From Eledone cirrhosa (Eukaryota), in the NCBI GenBank assembly GCA_964016885.1, contig OZ024748.1, positions 48,918,001 through 48,982,000 on the forward strand: a stretch of DNA of 64,000 nt, in the 5' to 3' direction. Of the stretch, positions 55,405 to 64,000 are shown one piece after another (the stretch's first letter is position 1; every line of letters starts with the position of its first letter). The position numbers and the translations under genes are program-made. The notes below the pieces were generated by a model, which did not search any database, was not told where the DNA came from, and saw only the letters and a program-made list of their open reading frames with translations.

Positions 55405-58400
55405 ATACAAAACCTCGTAAGAGATCAAAGAATAAAGGTCATCCCAGTCCATATGATGGAATATTAGTGTCTCAGCTGTTAGCTGAGCGAGACCAACTTA
55501 AATTGGCATCATCTTTAAATTCAACGGTCTTAGCTAATAAAACTGCTGGTGTCAATATCACTCCTCAATCATCCACTCTACTACTACAACAACAGCAGCA
55601 ACAACAACAACAACAACAACAACCTTCTAATGACACTAGTGAAACTGGTCAGCCAACTTCACCTGCAGCTGACATAGTTAAATCTCCTGTCTTTATCACT
55701 ATACAACAGGACAGTGGTGAGCAACAGCCTTTATTACAGACTGATGCACTAAAAGAGACATGTAAAAAACTGTTTATGTCAGTAGATCAAACTGACGAAA
55801 CAGCTTCTCTCAACTGCCATGGTTCAAACAAATTAGAATTTAGTCCAGATCATACACACCCAAACAACATAGAAAGTCCGGTAGTTAATCTTCAAAGTCA
55901 GTCAACATTTGCTGCATTAGGACTTCAGCCCAGTCCACTCACTATCCAAACTGTCTTTCCATCTGATCAGTTTAAGAACCAACTGTTTCTTCAGCCATCT
56001 CCTCTTACACCTCTTACTGCTGGACATCCTGCTTTTACTCCCTATCACAACCAAGCTGGTGCAGCAGCTGCTGCCGCTGCTGCTGCTGCTGCCCTTAATT
56101 TCCAACTGTCTGGAAATACAGTCCTCACCACTCCTGGTTTCTATCATCCTCAGCTCAATCAGACCAATTCTATGTTATTCCACATGCAGACAGTTGGTAA
56201 CCAAAAGTTTGCATCGCCGTTAATAACTCAAAATTCTTTACAGGATGGTATTTACACAGGCAACATCTTGAGTCAGTTATATTCTCCAGTCACCGACACA
56301 GTAGCATCAGAAACTGTTAAAAATGGTAAAGTTAAACGAATGCGTTCTAAAAGAGAAAAGAAAAAATACAGTAGCATTTCAGAACATAAGGGCACATGTA
56401 ACAAAAAACACAAACTACTTTCTCAAGCCAGTCCTCCTAACAAATATATACCTACTTCATTTATCGACAATCCTGTTGGCTACCTTGCTCAACAGACTGA
56501 AATCGTAAATGGCTCTATTGCTTCATCTGCAAGAACAGAACAGTTGGTAGAATCAGTTCAGGAAGTTGTAGGCTCACCACAAAAACAAGGAATAACTAAC
56601 TGGAAGGAACCAAATGGTAGTATATGGATTCATACTGAGCAACAATCTCCTACTTCTATCTTCAACACTTCTTCAATTTCTCAGAATTCATCAACCAATT
56701 CATGTAAAACCATTCAACAAAAGACTTCCAAATCATCTTCTTCACCTTCTGCTGATCATCCAAAAGTATTATCACCAAGAGAAAAAGTGTCCCTATCTTC
56801 ACCTAATTCAAATGAGAAATCTGAAATTCTTATTAAGTCTCCTGACACTGTTAAAAACAGCTCATTGTTAAATGCTTCTTTGTTGAGTCCATCTGGCATA
56901 GTTTTAGGTACATGTTCAACATCAAATTCAGCACCAGGAGCTGACAGTTTTGTAGCCATGTCATCGGCAACTACTAAAAGTCCTTCAAAATCAAAGACCA
57001 GTCCTGGTTCTGGAAAGTCTACTTCATCCCATCACAATCATGTGAGTGCAGCAACGACAACACAGAATGCTAACAAAAAGTTAAAACACGTACATAAGTC
57101 AAGGACGCGCCCAAATGTTTTGTCTAAAGCAACAACAACAACACCAACAACATCCACATCAACATCAATACCCACACCAACAACTGCTGCAAACCTAACA
57201 AATAGCACTTGTCAAACATTAGCACAATTCACAATCAGTCCAAACATCAATTCTACATCAAATATATCACCAAACTGCTTACAACAAATACTAAATCATA
57301 GCGGGGATTTTCCTGCCAGTAATCTCTTATCAGCTGCTGCGAGGGCCCAGCTCTCACGACCTCCAGCTCCATCCATTAATGTGTTATTGGGGCAACAGAT
57401 TATGGGATCTCCACAGATTAATCAGCCATTACAATTAAATGTAAATCTTTCTCCTACTTCTACTAACTACACCATGCCATCCAGCATCTCAACAACTTCT
57501 GCTTCAAAACTGCCCTGTGCAATAGGAACCAGTTTTGGCCTTACCCCTGGACAGAATACACCCTTGCTGTTTCAACAGGCTGGATCGTCTGCTAATAATG
57601 GAATTACCGGTGGCACTGGACTTTCACACAATCTCACTGCTGCTGCAGCTGCCTTGACCAATTTGCAGCAGAACTCTATTTCTAGTGTGATTGGTCAGTC
57701 AACTTCTACATCAGCTGCACCATCCCCTGGCACATTTCAAACTATACTTTCATCTCCAAATAATAACAAGCTAACAGTACCAACAGTGGCCAGCAATCGG
57801 AAGGACAGCACTGCACAGACTGTGCCCTTACCAACGTCAGATAACACCGCAGTGAAACAAGGAGAAGGCCAACAAAGAAATAAAAATTGTTCAAAAGAAA
57901 ACAGCCCCAATTTCACCAAAGTAGCAATAGAAGACCTGCCTGAGAAACTGTTATCTAATTTAGATAATAATGTTCTACCTAACATGGCACAGTGTATCAA
58001 TCCCCAGTTGACAAATCTTGGAGTAAATCTCATGAACAATCAATTTCCTTTTGTTGCTATGAATGCACCGATGCCACCTATGTCCTTACCTATGGTATCA
58101 GCTGTTACCAATACCCTAACTCATCTGATTCCTGCTGTCGGTATCTCACAAACATCGCTAAACCATTCTCCCATAATGCAAGTTGTTGGAACCTTTGGTA
58201 ACCAATCTGGTGCCAACCCACTTCTGATAGCTAGTCCTCTGCCTGTAAATGGCTCTAGTCCCCAACAAATAGGAATGCTCCATTCCCAACTCTCTGACAA
58301 TCTGACCCCAGATTCCAGTAGCCAGCCCCCAAAATTATTGACAAGTCCACAGGTGCCAACAAGTACAACTGCTTGCATTGTTTCAAACATCAAAGAGAAC

Positions 58401-60171
58401 TCTTCTAACATGTGCCAATCTGCATGTGTTGCTGACCCTATTTCTCCTATACAAAATAAATGTGCATCACAGAAGGCCTACTCAGACAGTGCACTTTCTT
58501 GTGCAACCAATTGCCCCATCCATACAAAATTATCAAATTGCAACAGAACACCAACTGTAGATAAAACAACTGCACCTGTTGCAAACAACTTGTCACAGTT
58601 TTCAACAGCCCAGTTTGTTGTCGTACCCAACATGCAGATGCCTTTGTTACAAATCCTCGGTACAGGGATACCAGCTGAGTATAACAAAATCAATTTCTCA
58701 GCCACTCCATTTTTAAACCCTGCCATGGACCTTCCAACATTACTAAGTCCCAATCATGGCAATAGTTTTGAGAACAGTAGCAATATATATAGTTTGTCAG
58801 CAAACTGGGGAGGGTTAGGTAATACTAACATGTCTGTGCCACTACAGGCTGTTCACTTACAACAGCAGCTACTTCATATGAGTCAGTTGAACCAAACTAT
58901 ACAAGGGGAATCTACTTTCTACTTGGATAAAGCAACAGCTGACACACTTACCAATTCTGATACATCAGACAACTTCGAAGAGGTCTGCTCTCTAGTTAGC
59001 CCCTGTTTGCAAGAAACTGTTGATACCAATGGTGCTGGTAAATTAGTATGCTTGAGGAAATTAGAAGATTCTTTAGAAGCTGTTACTCCAGATTATAGCA
59101 GTATAGACCTCTCAGGAGGACATAGAATTGAATTAACTGCAACATTAAAGCCGTCCATGGCTCATCAAAAAGAGCTGACTGATACAGCATCAATTCCGAA
59201 TGACATCTCAGAAGATGCGGCAACACCCAGCTCTTCGCTTTCTGAAGCATCTTTATCATGTGGCCTTGATAGAAGTTTCCCCATTAGTATACAGGAGAGG
59301 GGGAGCAAGTCTCCACCCCCCATTTCTCTGCACTATGATAATAGCTATCAATCCACTAAACATCCATCAGATATGCAAGTGCTCTCCTCTACGCTGTGCT
59401 CTTGGAACAATCATATTTCTGAAAGTGGAACTAATAACTGTGTTAGTCAGATGGAGGAACCTTCTCAATTGAACTTGTTACAGTCTTCTGCAGTGGATGG
59501 TGCTGTTGTTGAAATGTTAGATACAAAACAAACTCCACATCATGGCGTGCAAGCTAAGAACATTGAGATTGAAATATCTGACCAGATTGTTAATAGTGAA
59601 GAAGTCAGGTTTGAATCTACAGAATGTCAAGAATCCATTGAAAATAAGAATATGGTTGATGTAATAAAAAATGGCCCCTCTCGTGTATTTATGAAGAATT
59701 TTTCCTCAACAGAAGAGGATGACCAGACAACCTGTAGTTATTCAGAAGATTCATTTTCTAACCGTTCCCCTGAAAATAGCCAGGCTGCAACTCAAAGCTC
59801 AGATGAACCTCCGCTTAATAAATTGAATTCTTACAACAATTCTTCAACTCTGGACAATAACCAAGAATCAGAGAATTGTTTACAGAAACCTAAATTGGAC
59901 GATGAAAAAAGCATCGATGACTTTTGTTTTGATAAGGTCAACAGTCCTAAGAATACAATAGTAAAGTCTCCATCACCAGAGAACCAGATTTCTTGTAGTT
60001 TGGAAACTGAAAACGAAGTGTTAACTGCCACTGCTGACAACTACAAACAGAACGCCATTGATGAGTTTTTCTCCACAACCAAACCCAATTTAGCAACTCA
60101 TCAAACAGATACTATAAGTCGTCGAGGAATGAAACGGCTTAGAGAACATTGTAGGAATCACATATTTGATG
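55405..60171 (+). CDS. MBD5: Giant internal coding exon of an MBD5-like (MBD5/MBD6/sba family) protein
   Basis: Stop-free frame of about 1590 codons of non-repetitive S/T/N/Q/P-rich sequence. Acceptor tttcatttcag|AT at 55404/55405 and donor G|gtaag at 60171/60172, both phase 1. Contains FPASNLLSAAARAQL (57309-57353), which matches the FPASSLLSAAAKAQL motif I recall from vertebrate MBD5. Splices in frame to the PWWP exon. The ORF-track start at 55305 is intronic (tta)n. Confidence 0.85.
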
Positions 60172-60191
60172 GTAAGACATTATTATTATTA

Positions 60192-60870
60192 TTCTGAGTT
60201 CAAATTTCGCCGAGGTTAACTTTGCCTTTCATCCTTATGGGGTCGATAAAATAAAGTACCAGTAATACACTGAGATAATTGCTGGCCTTGTGCCAAAAGT
60301 AGAAACAATTATTATTATTAGGGCAGTATTGGAAGAGCATTGGACAACATGCTTTGTGGCATATAGCTACAGCCCTTTACATTCTAAGTTCAAACCCCAC
60401 TGAGGTTAACTTTGCCTTTCATCCTTTTAGGGTCAATAAAATGAAGTATCACTAATGCACTGGGGTCAATTTAATTGAATTCCTTCTCCCCCAAATTGTT
60501 GGTCTTGTGCCTAAATCAGAAACCATTATAAATCCCGCCGAGGTTAACTTTGCCTTTCATCCTTACGAGGTCGATAAAATAAAGTACCAGTAATGCACTG
60601 GGTAATTGCTGGCCTTGTGCCTAAAGTAGAAACAATTATTATTATTATTGGCAAAATTCAGGCAAAGTTCAAATCCCGCTGAGGTTAACTTTGCCTTTCA
60701 TCCTTACGGGGTTCGATAAAATAAAGTACCAGTAATACACTGGGATAATTGCTGGCTTTGTGCCAAAAGTAGAAAAATTGTTAGAGCATCGGACAAAATG
60801 TGTTTTTGTATTTGTTCTATCTCTATATATTCTGAACTGACTGTTATCAACTTTACCTCTCATCCTTTCA
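60192..60870 (+). mobile_element. Head-to-tail cluster of 4-5 SINE family A copies and fragments
   Basis: Core ggttaactttgcctttcatcc at about 60214, 60404, 60542 and 60682, with a decayed one at about 60845. Confidence 0.9.
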
Positions 60871-60914
60871 GTATAATCAGATTTTATAACAAGATGTTCC
60901 TATTTTATAACAAT

Positions 60915-61715
60915 AGTTACCCCAGTATATAACAATAGTTATCCCAATATATAACAATTACCCCATTATATAACACCTACTTCATTATATAACAATTAGC
61001 CCCATTATATAACAGTTGACCCATTATATAACAATTACCCCAGTATATAACAGTTACCACAATATATAACAGTTACCCCAATATATAACAGTTACCTCAT
61101 TAGATAAGTTACGCCAGTATATAACAGTTACCCCAATATATAACAGTTACTCCATTATATAACAGTTACCCCACTATATAACAGTTACCCCAGTATATAA
61201 CAGTTACCCCACTATATAACAGTTACCCCAGTATATAACAGTTACCCCAATATATAACAGTTACCACAGTATATAAGTTACCCCAGTATATAACAGTTGC
61301 CCCCACCCCAGTATATAACAGTTACCTCAGTATATAACAGTTACTCCATTATATAACAGTTACTCCATTATATAACAGTTACTCCATTATATAACAGTTA
61401 CCCCAATATATAACAGTTACCCCACCCCAGTATATAACAGTTACTCCATTATATAACAGTTACCCCAATATATAACAGTTACCCCACCCCAGTATATAAC
61501 AGTTACCCCAGTATATAACAGTTACCCCAGTATATAACAGTTACCCCACTATATAACAGTTACCCCACTATATAACAGTTACCCCACCACAGTATATAAC
61601 AGTTACTCCAGTATATAACAGTTACTCCAGTATATAACAGTTACCCCAGTGTATAACAGTTACTCCACTATATAACACTTACCCCACTATATAACAGTTA
61701 CCCCACTATATAACA
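60915..61715. repeat. ~19-bp minisatellite (gttaccccagtatataaca)
   Basis: Directly visible. Confidence 0.95.
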
Positions 61716-61726
61716 TATATATATAT

Positions 61727-61757
<31 letters not shown>

Positions 61758-61825
61758 CACTTGTTTTTCTTTTGTCATTAAAATGATAAATCTAGAAATA
61801 TTCTAAACTATTTGTTGTCCATTAG

Positions 61826-61986
61826 ATGATGAGGATTCTATGGAAGAGCCTATGATGCCAACATATCCAAGAATTTTCAACACTGGAGATTTGGTATGGG
61901 GTCAGATCAGAGGCTTTCCGTCGTGGCCTGGTAAACTCATTAACATTAGTGAGGTGAAGGGGAATCAAAAACCTGAAGCTGGTAAG
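61826..61986 (+). CDS. MBD5: MBD5-like exon encoding the N-terminal half of the PWWP domain
   Basis: Acceptor ttgtccattag|AT continues phase 1 (G+AT=Asp). Translation DDEDSMEEPMMPTYPRIFNTGDLVWGQIRGFPSWPGKLINISEVKGNQKPEAGK, where FNxGDLVWGQIxGxxSWPGKL is the MBD5-type PWWP start. Donor AAG|gtaagt. Confidence 0.9.
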
Positions 61987-62489
61987 GTAAGTCACTCAAT
62001 GATTCTGTGTTCAGGTTTTATCTATGTATATGTGCTAATACCTCTGTTGACAACAAACGACTTCTCCCTACAAAAGAAAGGTCATCTGTATGACACGTGT
62101 GCAGTACGATGCTGCATCATCGTGAGACGTGGGCAGTGACTGGAGAGAAATGAAGCAATCCTGTTTTGATGGATATGCAATTTTAGTGTGTTCATGCAGA
62201 AGAGAAGTCTTCACAGGTATGAACCTGTGATGTAAATGAATGACAATCGCTTGGTGAAAAAATGCCAAGAAATCTCAGTGGAAGGAAGCCACATTAGAAG
62301 ACTAAGCAAGGAAGGCCTGGGCAGAGGTAGTGAATAATGGTGAGAATGGTGAAGAATCAGTAAGACCAACAAACCAGAATGTGTCCTTGACATGTAAAAG
62401 TATTATGGGAGATGAAGTTTCAAACGGATAAGTAAATGGAACATTCACAACGAGATATTGTTCTACTCAATAAAGAGGAAGTTAATCAA

Positions 62490-62928
62490 TGCTGCTTGCC
62501 CATTTGATAAGGGAGTAGTAGACATAGAAAGTGAGAAAATAGAGAATTACTAAGATCTGAAATATGAAATACAGAGAAGCTAGAATTGTTGCCAAATTGT
62601 TATCCCAATTGTACTAGGAGCCTTACAGACAGTGGCTAGAATGTTGAATATCCTGAGTCTACAGAAAGATTACACCATATGAAAGGTACTAGATAGACCT
62701 AGGGCTCTACAGTGGACACAAGTTTGAATGATTGGTTGAAGAGGTTGGATATTGAGGGGAATTTTCTGACTCTACAGAAGGCTTGATTGCTTGGCACAGC
62801 AAGAACCATGTGAAAGGTGCTAGATACATTTAAGGCTGCTGGAAACAGCTTGATATCTAGCATTCTAAATACCAACAGAGGAACAAAGAAAGCTAAGCAA
62901 AAAGAAGATAATAATAATAATAATAATA
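62490..62928 (+). mobile_element. Decayed non-LTR element C-terminus with restriction-like endonuclease (R4/Dong-like, by inference) and (TAA)n tail
   Basis: Fragmentary translations EKIENY*DLKYEIQR, PIVLGALQTV and LQKA*LLGTART..KVL; (taa)n at 62909-62928. Confidence 0.6.
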
Positions 62929-62929
62929 A

Positions 62930-63380
62930 GGATTTCTTTATTAACCACAAGAGTTTACATAAAGAAAAACATTAAGGATGGTACAAATATGGGTTTCTGT
63001 GTGTATAAAAGGAAACGCAATAACAATAACAAAAGATGTAACAAAAAAAATAGAAGCAAAAACAAATTCCCCAATAGAGGGGAAACCACCGAAGGTTACT
63101 CATAGAGAAGCCCACAAATTCCACAATCACCCTGACCACTAGGGCAAGCACCCTCTCCCAGTCATTGCCTCCCGTATTTCAGCAGCAGTTATTCACAGCA
63201 CTCCACCTCCATCACCAAGAGCTGTGGCAGGCTGTAGAGGTAGAGACTAAACTCCATTCCGCAATCTGGCTGGCCACTGTTCCCAAACAGTTGAGCGAAG
63301 TGGCGCTGTAAAGCTGCACACATCTGCTCAGGGTCGACTAATATGTGCCTGTCGTGGTGCGCCAAAGACTGGATCATGGC
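62930..63380 (-). mobile_element. Probable LINE fragment (L1/Tx1-like)
   Basis: ORF fragment EQMCAALQRHFAQLFG...YLYSLPQL resembles the linker between endonuclease and RT; family not certain. Confidence 0.4.
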
Positions 63381-64000
63381 TTGAGATACAGAAAATAGTA
63401 CTGACTGTTACTGTCCATGTCTTGAGAAGGGAATTACCAATTCAAATACCTTGCAAAGACATTTATTGTAGTTTATGCTCTTGTATCATCATTTGTCTGA
63501 CAATTGATTGCACCAAATCAGGTGTCAGGTTGACACTTGGCAAGATATGAGAAATAAGCAAAATTCAAAAGTTTCAAGTAAAAATAATAATAATAATAAT
63601 AGATATGAATTTAAACAGATAATGTGCACATCTATAAAGCAAATGATATACTTGTAACTATGTAGAGTGTGTGAGGTGAACAATCTGGTGTGTTTATTTT
63701 TGTGGCTTATCAAAGTATGCAGTGTGTTTCTCTGCCCTAGGGGCCAGGAAGGCACTTGGCAAGAAATGGAAACAAAACTGCTTAACTAAACAACAAGTCA
63801 CACAGTTAACCACTTGTTAATTCTCTAGTTAACTGTGTATTGATGTGTTTATATATCATAGGCAATTATTCCACTCGAGACAACCACCACCACTATCACA
63901 TACACACACCACCACCACCACCACTACCATATACACACCACCACCATTACCATACACACACCACCTCCATCACCATACACACACCACTACCACTATCACA

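Noticed and set aside
62000-64000. Next exon with the second half of the PWWP domain
   Set aside because: No suitable acceptor plus VxWFG-like frame found; probably beyond the window.

Overview
Repeat-saturated, AT-rich animal genomic DNA. The SINE families and microsatellite load look like an octopus (coleoid cephalopod) genome, which is an inference. The only host gene I can support is an MBD5-like chromatin gene on the + strand. It shows a giant 4767-nt coding exon (55405-60171, containing the FPASNLLSAAARAQL motif) spliced in frame to a 161-nt exon (61826-61986) that starts the PWWP domain. The MBD-domain exons were not found, so the first 55 kb is probably intron. Most long ORFs in the track are translations of simple repeats. 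The rest of the window consists of tRNA-derived SINEs, LINE fragments, three Helitrons, a MITE, satellites and Penelope-like element (PLE) remnants. The most interesting signal is a set of about 10 minimal type I hammerhead ribozyme motifs (CTGATGA-stemII-GAAA-palindromic helix III-UH). They lie at the 3' end of PLE ORF remnants and in short non-coding cassettes, mostly embedded in (TA)n. Several sit in long inverted repeats or palindromes. In three elements the predicted cleavage site falls inside an AATAAA hexamer. All structures were read by eye; no folding or database search was run, and repeat boundaries are approximate.
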